The notes: generated by a model not told the origin, from the sequence alone. Positions 28,599 to 38,085 are shown, counted from the first letter of the stretch. The stretch: 64,000 nt of DNA from an uncultured Actinomycetota bacterium (GCA_964494385.1 CAZBSE010000003.1:7849-71848); one strand, 5' to 3'. A program made the numbers and translations.

Positions 28599-29858
28599 TT
28601 AATCGTTTTGAAATATTTGAAACCCGCTGTATGCTTCCATACCATGCTCTTCAATATCAAGCCCCTTTAGCTCTGTTTCCCTGGACACCCTGAGCCCCGT
28701 GGTCTTTTTAATCACAAAGAATAGCAGAAGCATCGTTCCGAAAGTCCAGGCAAATACACTAATTGTTCCTATAAACTGAGTAAGAAGCAGCTTACCCCCA
28801 CCGCCGAAAAACAGTCCATTTACTCCTTCAAATCCTGCAAGACTTGCATATTCCGACTGTGCAAAGAGGCCTACGAATAAAGTTCCGAAAAGGCCGCATA
28901 CACCATGGACGGAGATTGCTCCTACCGGATCGTCCACTTTAAATTTCTTATCAAGAACATCTATTGCTATGCTTACAATTATTCCGCATAGTACCCCTAT
29001 AATCATAGCGCTTATCGGGGATACTACCGCGCACCCTGCTGTAATTCCAACCAGTCCTGCCAGTGCACCGTTTAAGGTCATGGAAGCATCAGGCTTTTTA
29101 TATCTTATCCAGGAAAAGAACATAGCTGCTAATGCTGCCGCTGCAGCAGAAAGGGTAGTAGTCACGGTTATTGTGGATATAGCTGGACTTGTACCCGAAA
29201 GCGTACTGCCTGGATTAAACCCGTACCATCCAAACCATAAAATAAATACACCGAGTGCGGCAAGAGGTATATTATGACCGGTAATGGCATTTGAGGTTCC
29301 ATCCTTATTGTATTTTCCGAGTCTTGGTCCCAATATAATGGTACCGGCAAGACCGGCCCATCCTCCGACTGAATGAACCACGGTGGAGCCGGCAAAATCA
29401 ATCATACCCATATTTGCAAGCCATCCGCCTCCCCATATCCAGTGACCAACCACCGGATATATCAATGCGGTAATGAATACAGAGTAAATAAGATAGTTTT
29501 TGAATTTGATCCTTTCAGAAACAGCTCCCGAAACAATAGTAGCTGCAGTGGCGGCAAATACCGCCTGGAAAATCCAGAAGGCGAAGCTGGAGGTATCTGA
29601 CTGGCCCAGTATTTGAACAATAAAATTATCGGTTCCGATAAATCCGCCTGCATCGCTTCCGAACATCAGTCCATAACCAACCAGAAAAAATACAACGCAG
29701 CCGATACAAACATCCACCAGATTCTTCATAAGTATATTTACTGCATTCTTGGCTCTGGTGAAACCGGTTTCCACCATGGCAAAACCGGGCTGCATGAAAA
29801 ATACCAGAAATGCAGCAATCAGTGTCCATACGGTGTTCAGACTAATTGAAACATCCAT
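28599..29858 (-). CDS. amt: ammonium transporter Amt
   Basis: An 11-TM Amt/MEP family protein of 419 aa. It is paired with glnK. Confidence 0.9.
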   Translation of the reverse strand: MDVSISLNTVWTLIAAFLVFFMQPGFAMVETGFTRAKNAVNILMKNLVDVCIGCVVFFLVGYGLMFGSDAGGFIGTDNFIVQILGQSDTSSFAFWIFQAVFAATAATIVSGAVSERIKFKNYLIYSVFITALIYPVVGHWIWGGGWLANMGMIDFAGSTVVHSVGGWAGLAGTIILGPRLGKYNKDGTSNAITGHNIPLAALGVFILWFGWYGFNPGSTLSGTSPAISTITVTTTLSAAAAALAAMFFSWIRYKKPDASMTLNGALAGLVGITAGCAVVSPISAMIIGVLCGIIVSIAIDVLDKKFKVDDPVGAISVHGVCGLFGTLFVGLFAQSEYASLAGFEGVNGLFFGGGGKLLLTQFIGTISVFAWTFGTMLLLFFVIKKTTGLRVSRETELKGLDIEEHGMEAYSGFQIFQND

Positions 29859-29993
29859 TTTTTACCTGCCTTTGCTATATTTATAATTGGGTGTATTTTA
29901 CAGCATAAATTTTACTGTCAGGTTACATTTTTGTTAAAAGTATGTTAAATATCTCAGGGAGGGGGAGGGGGTGCATTAAAAGTTAATATCCGG

Positions 29994-30671
29994 CTAAATC
30001 TGGGTGGAAAACATATAGCCGACGTTTCTTACGGTTTTTAACATAAGGTTATAGGGGGGAGGGATTTTGGAACGGAGTCTTCTCATATGCACATCAACTG
30101 TCCTGCTGCCCCCGTAGAAGTCATATTCCCATACGGCGGAAAGCAGTTTATTCCTGCTTAGAACTTTATCCTGGTTTTGAAGAAGAAGTTTAAAAAGTTC
30201 AAATTCTTTAAAGGTCAGCTCTATCGGTTTTTGGTCGACGGACAACTCATACTTGTCCAGGTTCAGTATAAGGTTGTCCATCACAATGCTGTTTTTAGGG
30301 GGAAAAATTTTCCTTTTTAAAATAATCAACTCTGCCCTTGCGGCAAGTTCTCTTTCAAGCTGTGTGCAGAGAATAAAATCATCGAATTTGATTTCGCTTT
30401 CGATAAAAGATTCTATCTGGGAAGGTTCAAGTACGGCAAGCCTGGGGATATTATATTTGTTGGTATCAGTATTTGATTCTCTAAGCTGTGTATAATCCGG
30501 ATTGCTAAAATTGATGATATCTATTATCAAAAGAGCGGCAGTATCCGGCCGGGAAGAAAGGCCCTTTATTGTTTTTTCTATCCGCAGGGTAAATTTTTTC
30601 TTTTCCAGGATGCTATTTATTTTGTCTATATTTTTTTTATTTTTGGAATACAATAATATTACTTTTTTCAT
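29994..30671 (-). CDS. OmpR/PhoB-family winged-helix transcriptional regulator with a degenerate, atypical receiver domain (orphan)
   Basis: The C-terminal trans_reg_C domain reads LTFKEFELFKLLLQN...RTVDVHMRRLRSKI. The N-terminal receiver lacks the acidic DD pair (MKKVILLYSKNKK) and has no adjacent histidine kinase. Confidence 0.65.
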   Translation of the reverse strand: MKKVILLYSKNKKNIDKINSILEKKKFTLRIEKTIKGLSSRPDTAALLIIDIINFSNPDYTQLRESNTDTNKYNIPRLAVLEPSQIESFIESEIKFDDFILCTQLERELAARAELIILKRKIFPPKNSIVMDNLILNLDKYELSVDQKPIELTFKEFELFKLLLQNQDKVLSRNKLLSAVWEYDFYGGSRTVDVHMRRLRSKIPPPYNLMLKTVRNVGYMFSTQI

Positions 30672-30938
30672 ATTTACGCAGTTTCTATTTAAACAATAAA
30701 TTATAAAAGTTTAAATTTCTAATATATTATAAAGTAATTTGTATCATTATAGAAATGTAAATTCTTGCTGCCGGTCTAGAGAATTTAACTGTATTGGCTA
30801 TGAAATACAATTTAATATCTATATCTAAAATAACCGCAGACCTATTTACAGCGAATATAAAACATATGTATTTGCCTAATAGGTATATCGGAGCATGTAT
30901 TTGTTTTTGGTTATGGTTATGATAAAATATATAGTGTG

Positions 30939-30952
30939 TTGCGCAAGCGCTT
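30939..30952. promoter_or_regulatory. candidate LacI-type operator TTGCGCAAGCGCTT, made of overlapping palindromes TTGCGCAA and AAGCGCTT, about 33 bp upstream of the LacI regulator start
   Basis: An identical 14-mer recurs at 34687..34700, just downstream of a consensus promoter. Confidence 0.4.
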
Positions 30953-30984
30953 ACTTAAAATATATAGATTTTTAGGAGCAGGCA

Positions 30985-31995
30985 ATGGTCAATTACAATG
31001 ATATAGCAAAAATAGCAAAAGTGTCTCCCACTACGGTTTCACATGTAATTAATGAAACCAGGTTTGTTATGCCCGAGACAAAAAAAAGGGTTCAGGAAGC
31101 GATGAAGAGATTAAAATACCAGCCCAATCTGCTTGCCAGGAGTCTTGCCACCGGAAAAACGCACACTATCGGATTGGTTATTTCTGATATTAGAAACCCG
31201 TTTTATCCGGAACTTGTTCAGGGAGTGGAGGAACTAGCAGTGAAGAATGACTACAATGTGTTTTTATGCAATACGGATTATGATATTGAAAAAGGCTTGA
31301 AATCTATAGGAGCTTTAATCAAGAGAAAAATAGACGGGATAATAGTAGCTTCCAGTCAGGTGGACAGTACTATAATAAACCAGCTTGTAGGCACAGACGT
31401 AAATTTTGTACTGGTAGATTGGGGTAAAAGAAATGTTGGAGCAGACAGCCTGTATTTTGATTACAGGGTTGGTATGGCAGAAGCTGTTTCATATTTAATT
31501 TCTCTTAACCACAGGACGATTTATTTTATCAGCGGCCCGAAAACGCTAAAAACATCAAAAATAAGAACAAGGAATTTTATTGAAGCGGTAGAAAAACATA
31601 AAAGCATTAATATGGATTATAAAATATTCGAGGGGGACCATAAAATAGAAGGCGGCTGCAGGACTGTTCGAAAAATATTAATAGAAAAAAAGCTCCCCAC
31701 GGCAATTATTTGTTCAAATGACCTTACAGCTATTGGAGCGATGAAAACTTTTGAGGCCAGCGGTATTAAAATTCCTAATGATATGTCTGTTATTGGCCTG
31801 GACAATATATCATTAACTGAAATAGTTTCTCCCTCACTGACGACCATAGAGCTGGAAAGGTACAGAATAGGTAAAACCGCAATGAAACTGCTGCTGAATA
31901 GAATTAAAGATAAAGAGTTGCCCAAACAGACATGTGTTTTTAAGACGAAGCTGGTTATAAGAGAAAGTACTTCTGCAAGAAGGACAGTTAGTTAA
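30985..31995 (+). CDS. LacI-family transcriptional regulator
   Basis: It has an N-terminal HTH (NDIAKIAKVSPTTVSHVINE) and a periplasmic-binding-protein-like effector domain. Confidence 0.85.
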   Translation: MVNYNDIAKIAKVSPTTVSHVINETRFVMPETKKRVQEAMKRLKYQPNLLARSLATGKTHTIGLVISDIRNPFYPELVQGVEELAVKNDYNVFLCNTDYDIEKGLKSIGALIKRKIDGIIVASSQVDSTIINQLVGTDVNFVLVDWGKRNVGADSLYFDYRVGMAEAVSYLISLNHRTIYFISGPKTLKTSKIRTRNFIEAVEKHKSINMDYKIFEGDHKIEGGCRTVRKILIEKKLPTAIICSNDLTAIGAMKTFEASGIKIPNDMSVIGLDNISLTEIVSPSLTTIELERYRIGKTAMKLLLNRIKDKELPKQTCVFKTKLVIRESTSARRTVS

Positions 31996-32212
31996 TAAAG
32001 CAGTGAACCGGCTCATCTTATGTTTACCGCTGTAATTATTTTAAACTTTAAATCAATTAAAATTTAATGGGAAATAAGTCGAGTGGGAGAATCAATGCTT
32101 GATGGATAAAAAACTGAATCTGGGAAAAAGTCCAATAAGGCTTACAAAATCGTTATCTTGTAGTGTTGAAAAATCGGACGGGGATTAATTTTATAAAGAA
32201 TTAAAAAGGGTA

Positions 32213-33367
32213 ATGTTTATGAATAGCAGGGAGCGTATAATTGCCACACTGAATCATAAGGAGCCGGACTGCATCCCCCTTGATCTGGGCGGAACAATTG
32301 TTTCTTCTATTACTAAAAATTCTTACATCAGTTTGAAGAAGTATTTAAATATGAAAGTTGGAGATATAAAGATACTGGACCACTCCCAGCAACTGCCTTA
32401 TCTCGACGAAGAGCTTCTGCAGAAATTGAATGTTGATATACGGATGGTAAAAACAGATTACGATAGTAACGCTGAGCAGAAATATACAGAGAAAGGGGAT
32501 TATTACTATTACTATGATCGGTGGGGAGCAAAACTCCGTATGCCGAAAGAAAACGGCCATTATTTTGATTATATTGGATTTCCGATTAATGACATATGCA
32601 TGGAAGAATTAAAAAATTATAGATGGCCGGAATTGGATGATCAAGAGTTAATTTTTAAACATAAACAGAAGGCAAAATATCTTTACGAAAATACTGGTTA
32701 CGCTTTAGCAGGAACTGCGGTGTTTGGCGGAGGAGTGTTTGAACAGCCGGCAAGGATAATGGGTATGGAGCGTTTTCTTACCAGTATTGCCCTTAATGAA
32801 AAATTTGCAGATACAGCCATGGAGAAAGTAGCTGAACTGTATATTGAAAATTGCAGGTGCTATCTTGACGAAATAGGTAAATATATTCAGGTATTTATTT
32901 ACTGGAATGATATAAGCGGCCAAACGGGGCCATTAATATCACCAAAAGTGTATAGGCGTTTAATAAAGCCTAAAGACAAGAGAATAATAGAGATGGTAAA
33001 ATCTAAAACCGATGCTAAATTCTTTTACCATTGTTGCGGGGCGATAAGAGAATTTATTCCTGATTTTATTGAAATAGGAGTTGATATTTTAAATCCGGTA
33101 CAAGTTTCGGCCGCAGGTATGGGGACAGCAGGTTTAAAGAAAGAATTTGGAAATGACATGAATTTCTGGGGAGGGGGTTGTGATACCCAGCATATTCTTC
33201 CATTTGGTACGCCGGCTGAAGTTAGAGAGGAAGTTAAAAGAAGGATAAACGATCTTGCGGAAGGCGGCGGGTTTGTTTTTAGTGCCGTTCATAATATTCA
33301 GGATGAAGTTCCACCCAAAAATATAATGGCAATGTTAGAAGTCTTAGAGGAATTGAAAAAGTATTAG
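32213..33367 (+). CDS. uroporphyrinogen decarboxylase (URO-D)/MtaA-CmuA family protein, copy 1
   Basis: The URO-D-like fold is recognisable (LNHKEPDCIPLDLGG ... DILNPVQ). An HCCG motif (FYHCCGAIRE) is reminiscent of the Zn-binding His/Cys of methylcobamide methyltransferases. Confidence 0.75.
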   Translation: MFMNSRERIIATLNHKEPDCIPLDLGGTIVSSITKNSYISLKKYLNMKVGDIKILDHSQQLPYLDEELLQKLNVDIRMVKTDYDSNAEQKYTEKGDYYYYYDRWGAKLRMPKENGHYFDYIGFPINDICMEELKNYRWPELDDQELIFKHKQKAKYLYENTGYALAGTAVFGGGVFEQPARIMGMERFLTSIALNEKFADTAMEKVAELYIENCRCYLDEIGKYIQVFIYWNDISGQTGPLISPKVYRRLIKPKDKRIIEMVKSKTDAKFFYHCCGAIREFIPDFIEIGVDILNPVQVSAAGMGTAGLKKEFGNDMNFWGGGCDTQHILPFGTPAEVREEVKRRINDLAEGGGFVFSAVHNIQDEVPPKNIMAMLEVLEELKKY

Positions 33368-33417
33368 TTAAAAAATATTGATGAAATGATATTTAAAGAA
33401 TGTAAAAGGTAGAAGCA

Positions 33418-34512
33418 ATGATAAGCCCAAAAGAAAGAGTGCTGGCAGCTTTAAATCATATAGAGCCTGATAGGGTACCCAGGCTGGCAAGTTTCACTCC
33501 GGAATTTGCTGCTGAACTGCGCAGGCATTTTAAAATAAAGGGTGAATTGTTTAATCCCCATGGCGGTATTAATCATAAACTTGAGATTAAATTAGGAAAC
33601 GATATTCTACTCACTGCTCAGGGGTTTGCTAATTCTTATTACCAGAGACTTGACAGAGATTATACTGATGAGTGGGGAGTCTTGTGGAAAATTATTGAAT
33701 ACGGAACAAAAAATGGTTCGGGGAGATATACTGAAATATCAGGAAATCCCTTAAAAGATGATAAATCTATAGAAAACTACATCCCGCCTGACCCTGCTAT
33801 TGAATCCCGCTATGAACCTTCAAGAAGGCTGATAAAAGAGTTTGGGAAGGAATATCCCGTTATGGGTGTAATTGTTACTACTATATTTGAGGCAGCCTGG
33901 GCTTTAAGGGGACTGGATAAGCTTATGATGGATTTTATTATAAATGAAGACCTTGCAAATAAGATTTTAGATATTCCTTTTAAATACCATCTTTATGCAG
34001 GTAAAAAACTTACCAGCCTGGGAGTAGATATTATATGGACCGGCGATGACGTAGGGGGACAGAGAGGAATGTTGATTTCACCTGAGATGTGGCGGAGGTA
34101 CCTAAAACCCAGAATGGAAAAATTATATTCTGAATTAAAATCTATTAATCCCGGCCTTAAGATTGCTTATCATTCAGATGGCAATATTTATCCCATAATA
34201 GATGAACTGGTGGAAATAGGACTTGATATTTTAAATCCGGTTCAACCAAAGTGTATGGATCCGAACTATTTAAAGAAGCGCTATGGGAAGAATTTAAGCT
34301 TCTGGGGCACCATTGATATTCAAGAAACCCTTCCCTTTGGAACTCCGGAACAAATAGAGCATGAAGTAAAGAACAGAATTAAAAATATGGGACCAGGAGG
34401 CGGATTTATAATCAGTCCGACCCATCACATGCAAATTGATACATCTATAGGTAATTTTTTTACTTTCTGGAATGCTGTAGAAAAGTACGGAAAGTATCCT
34501 ATTGTTATTTAA
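33418..34512 (+). CDS. uroporphyrinogen decarboxylase (URO-D)/MtaA-CmuA family protein, copy 2 (tandem paralog)
   Basis: It is homologous to copy 1 (LNHIEPDRVP ... DILNPVQ), but the HCCG position reads YHSDGN, so no Cys is present there. Confidence 0.75.
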   Translation: MISPKERVLAALNHIEPDRVPRLASFTPEFAAELRRHFKIKGELFNPHGGINHKLEIKLGNDILLTAQGFANSYYQRLDRDYTDEWGVLWKIIEYGTKNGSGRYTEISGNPLKDDKSIENYIPPDPAIESRYEPSRRLIKEFGKEYPVMGVIVTTIFEAAWALRGLDKLMMDFIINEDLANKILDIPFKYHLYAGKKLTSLGVDIIWTGDDVGGQRGMLISPEMWRRYLKPRMEKLYSELKSINPGLKIAYHSDGNIYPIIDELVEIGLDILNPVQPKCMDPNYLKKRYGKNLSFWGTIDIQETLPFGTPEQIEHEVKNRIKNMGPGGGFIISPTHHMQIDTSIGNFFTFWNAVEKYGKYPIVI

Positions 34513-34647
34513 ACAGATTAAATAATTGAAAATGTTTTTAGTTTTTATTCAGAATGTTTATTGCGGTAAGGGTGAGTTGAGTGAGGGGTTCTTAAAAAAT
34601 TGGAGAATATAAGATTTACGGGATTTTGAATAAAACAATTCTAAAAC

Positions 34648-34700
34648 TTGACATGGCTTATTTTTTTTTATATTATAAGTAAGCACTTGCGCAAGCGCTT
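34648..34700 (+). promoter_or_regulatory. near-consensus sigma-70 promoter (TTGACA-17-TATTAT) immediately followed by the operator 14-mer TTGCGCAAGCGCTT. It drives a leader of about 345 nt ahead of the SBP gene.
   Basis: The cttgacatggcttatttttttttatattataagtaagcacttgcgcaagcgcttg stretch places the operator within about 12-25 bp after the -10 element (a classic repressor position). Confidence 0.45.
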
Positions 34701-35045
34701 GTTAGGCCATTAGTTTTATACGGTTAAGATTTTAAATCAATTATAGAGGAGTTCGTAAGTCTAACTTTTAAGAACGGCTAATCCCAAAAAATTTTTTACA
34801 AAATATAAAAATATTAAAGTTACATAAGCAACAAAAAGAAGAAAATACTTTAAAGGGAGGTGACCGGTATTATATAGAAATAGATTTGCAAAGGGAGAAT
34901 AACATAGTCTTGAATTGAAGTCATAACTAAGCAAATCTTAAAAAAATCCATAAGAGATAATGTAGAAATTATTGTATGGAAGGAGGTGACTTATAGAAGT
35001 AAGAATGTTTGTTTTCTATATTTGGTATTTTAACAAAGAGAGGAT

Positions 35046-36104
35046 TTGAAAATGAAAAAATCATTATTATGGATAGTAGTATTGATATTAAGTATATCAA
35101 TGGTTGCGGCTTTTTCATTATATGGCTGTAAAGAAGAAGCCGTAGCTGAAGAGGAAGCAGCAGTAGAGGAAGAAGCCGTAGCTGAAGTAACAGGTGCTGC
35201 AGAAGGAATAGTAATATATGCTCAGATGGGTGGATCAGCCGGTGACCCGAGTACTCTGCCCCGACAGAATGGCGCAGCAGAAGCAGCAGAGCAGTGGGGA
35301 TGTGAAATAATTTATCAATTTTCAGAATGGCAGTCTGATAAAATGGTTTCACAATTTAAAGAAGCTGTTGCAGCTGAGCCCGATGGCATTATTATAATGG
35401 GGCACCCCGGAGTTGAAGCATTTAGAACTTCTGTTGAAGAAGCTGAAGGGAAAGGGATTATAGTAACTGCCAATAATACACCTCTTCCTGAATTTGAAGT
35501 AACATACGGAGGTAACGGATTTGGTTATGCAGGCGCAGACCTTTTCGAAGGTGGATATGTAACAGGCCAGCAAATTATTGCTGCAGGAAATCTTCAGGCA
35601 GGAGATAGGGTTCTTGAATATGGACTGAGGGCACAACCTGAACGTGGTAAGAGTGACGAAGGAGTTTATCAAGCTTTCTTGGATGCCGGCATGGAAGTTG
35701 ATTATATTGAGATTACTCCTGAAGTAGATGCCGATGCTACTCTGTGCATCCCGATCCTAACTGGATACCTGGCTTCTAATCCTGACTGTAAAGCTATAGG
35801 TACACAGCACGGAAATGTAACTTCAACAATGGGCGAAGTTGTAACAGCAGCAGGACTTGGAGCAGATGATATAGTTGTTGGTGGAATTGATCTTTCGCCA
35901 AAAACAGTTGAAGCGCTGCAAGAGGGGTATGTTGATCTGGTATTAGATCAGGTACTGTACCTGCAGGGATATCTTCCGGTTAGTCAGATTTGTTTGTCCA
36001 AATTGTACGGAATACCAGGACTTCATATAAACACTGCCAGTGGAGTTGTAACTTCTGAATCAATTACAGATATACTTTCACTGATTGATGAAGGTATTAG
36101 ATAA
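35046..36104 (+). CDS. ABC transporter substrate-binding lipoprotein, periplasmic-binding-protein type 1 (sugar/RbsB-like fold)
   Basis: A signal peptide and lipobox LYGC are followed by an EA-rich linker and a PBP1-like domain. Confidence 0.7.
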   Translation: MKMKKSLLWIVVLILSISMVAAFSLYGCKEEAVAEEEAAVEEEAVAEVTGAAEGIVIYAQMGGSAGDPSTLPRQNGAAEAAEQWGCEIIYQFSEWQSDKMVSQFKEAVAAEPDGIIIMGHPGVEAFRTSVEEAEGKGIIVTANNTPLPEFEVTYGGNGFGYAGADLFEGGYVTGQQIIAAGNLQAGDRVLEYGLRAQPERGKSDEGVYQAFLDAGMEVDYIEITPEVDADATLCIPILTGYLASNPDCKAIGTQHGNVTSTMGEVVTAAGLGADDIVVGGIDLSPKTVEALQEGYVDLVLDQVLYLQGYLPVSQICLSKLYGIPGLHINTASGVVTSESITDILSLIDEGIR

Positions 36105-36199
36105 GTCTTGGGTTAAGATTGATTTATAGAGACGAAAGGCCTATGTTTGTTTTAAAAAGAGACCTTTAAAGCCAGCATAGGTAAAAAGTATGGTGTTAG

Positions 36200-36260
36200 A
36201 ATTGCCTACCAAGAGAAATAGTATAATATAGGAAAGTAATATAGCTCTTGGTAGGCAATT
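36200..36260. repeat. perfect 16-bp inverted repeat AATTGCCTACCAAGAG / CTCTTGGTAGGCAATT with a 29-nt AT-rich spacer containing TATAAT. It is intercistronic between the SBP and ATPase genes.
   Basis: Both arms were read directly from the sequence and are exact reverse complements. Confidence 0.7.
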
Positions 36261-36323
36261 AAATAAAAGACGGTTGGCAAGTGCTATTAGGGATTAATAA
36301 ATAGAAGAAAGGCTTTAAGGGAC

Positions 36324-37127
36324 ATGATGATGAATAATTCTAAAAATTTGGTGGAAATGAAAAATATCCACAAGTGTTTTGGGAAAGTCATAGCACTTAA
36401 AGATGTAAATTTTCAAGTTGGCAACAATGAAATTGTAGGATTAATAGGTGACAACGGTGCCGGTAAATCAACTCTGATAAAAATACTTTCAGGGGTTTTT
36501 CCTCAAACCAGTGGAGAGATATACATACGAGGGAAGAAAATATCCACAAGGAGATACTCGGTTAGAAAAGCTCATGAGATGGATATCGAAACTGTATATC
36601 AGGAAAAAGCTTTGGGAGAAAAACAATCCTTGTGGAGAAATATTTTTATCGGCAGACAAATTTGTAATTTTTTTGGCTTTATTAATATAAAAAAAGAAAA
36701 AGAAGAAACTGACAAGGTTATGAAAGAGTTAATTGGTTTTAGAGGAGCAGGTGTTTCAGCGGAATCGTGTGTTGGTAGATTATCAGGCGGGGAAAGGCAG
36801 GGCATAGCTATAGGCAGAGCGATGTATTTTAATGCCAACCTGATAATACTGGATGAACCAACTGCAGCATTATCATCAAAGGAAGTAGCAAAGGTCCTGA
36901 ATTTTATACGAAGAATAAAAGAAAGCGGGAGATCCTGTATTTATATAACTCATCACATCTCTGATACATATTCAGTTTCAGACAGGTTTGTTTTCATAGA
37001 CCGTGGAGAAATAATAGGAGAATATAAAAAGAGTGAAATATCATTGGAAGAACTCACTGAAAAATTACTTTTGGTATCAGCCGGGGATTTGGGAAAGGAG
37101 ATGATCAATGAACATCAGAAACAGTAA
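36324..37127 (+). CDS. ABC transporter ATP-binding protein (single nucleotide-binding domain)
   Basis: It has the Walker A motif GDNGAGKST, the signature LSGGERQ and the Walker B motif ILDEPT. It is 267 aa long. Confidence 0.85.
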   Translation: MMMNNSKNLVEMKNIHKCFGKVIALKDVNFQVGNNEIVGLIGDNGAGKSTLIKILSGVFPQTSGEIYIRGKKISTRRYSVRKAHEMDIETVYQEKALGEKQSLWRNIFIGRQICNFFGFINIKKEKEETDKVMKELIGFRGAGVSAESCVGRLSGGERQGIAIGRAMYFNANLIILDEPTAALSSKEVAKVLNFIRRIKESGRSCIYITHHISDTYSVSDRFVFIDRGEIIGEYKKSEISLEELTEKLLLVSAGDLGKEMINEHQKQ

Positions 37128-38085
37128 AATAAGTATTCTTGGCAGCAAAGGTTTTAGAACTTATGCTGTTGTTTTGGTATATATAGTTCTTATGGGAGTA
37201 TTTATGATTACGGCCCCAAGAGCTTTTCTTGACTATAAAATTTATATGGCTTTTCTGTCAACAATTCCATTTTCACTGGTTATGGCTCTGGGTTTAACGT
37301 TTGTTATTATAGCCGGGGAAATTGATCTTTCTTTCACCTCGGTGATGGCTTTTTCAGGATTTATATTTACATACACTTTTATCCATACGGGAAGTACTAT
37401 ATTGGCATTTATAGCCAGTTTAACTTCAGGAGCAATTGCGGGTTTTATAAATGGTATTATAGTTGCCAAAGTAAAGGTACCATCAATTATTGCAACCCTG
37501 GGTACACAATTTTTTTGGGCTGGGCTGGCGGTAGTTCTTTCTTCGGGACGTTCGTTAATTGTTACCGAGATTAGGCCATCTTTTATGTATAAAATTTTTG
37601 TCGGCAGAATAGGAGGTATTGTTCCTGCACAGGCAGCATGGGCATTCGGGCTGGCAATCATTTTAGGCTTTATTCTAAATAAACATAGATTTGGCGAAAG
37701 TGTAATGTTCATTGGAGATAATAGAGATACGGCAAAAATGATGGGTGTAAATGTGGATAGAACTTTAATACAGATATTTATGCTTTCCGGAGTTTTGGCT
37801 GCATTTGCTTCAGTGTTATTAGCATGTGAGATGGTGACATGGTGGGCCACTCAAGGACCGGGATATTTACTAATAACCATAGCGGCAGTTTTTATAGGCG
37901 GTACATCAATATACGGAGGAGAGGGAACAATATTTGGAACTGTGGTAGGAGCTTTTATTGTAGGAAGCATAACTGCAGGAATTACAGCTTCCGGTGTTGG
38001 TGGATTCTGGACACAGCTGGTGGTTGGCCTGGTACTACTTGTGGCAGTTTTTATTAATACGTTTATAAGCAGGCGGAGAACTTAA
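37108..38085 (+). CDS. ABC transporter permease (RbsC/LivH-like BPD_transp_2 family)
   Basis: It has about 9-10 TM helices and overlaps the ATPase gene end by 20 nt. Confidence 0.8.
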   Translation: MNIRNSKISILGSKGFRTYAVVLVYIVLMGVFMITAPRAFLDYKIYMAFLSTIPFSLVMALGLTFVIIAGEIDLSFTSVMAFSGFIFTYTFIHTGSTILAFIASLTSGAIAGFINGIIVAKVKVPSIIATLGTQFFWAGLAVVLSSGRSLIVTEIRPSFMYKIFVGRIGGIVPAQAAWAFGLAIILGFILNKHRFGESVMFIGDNRDTAKMMGVNVDRTLIQIFMLSGVLAAFASVLLACEMVTWWATQGPGYLLITIAAVFIGGTSIYGGEGTIFGTVVGAFIVGSITAGITASGVGGFWTQLVVGLVLLVAVFINTFISRRRT

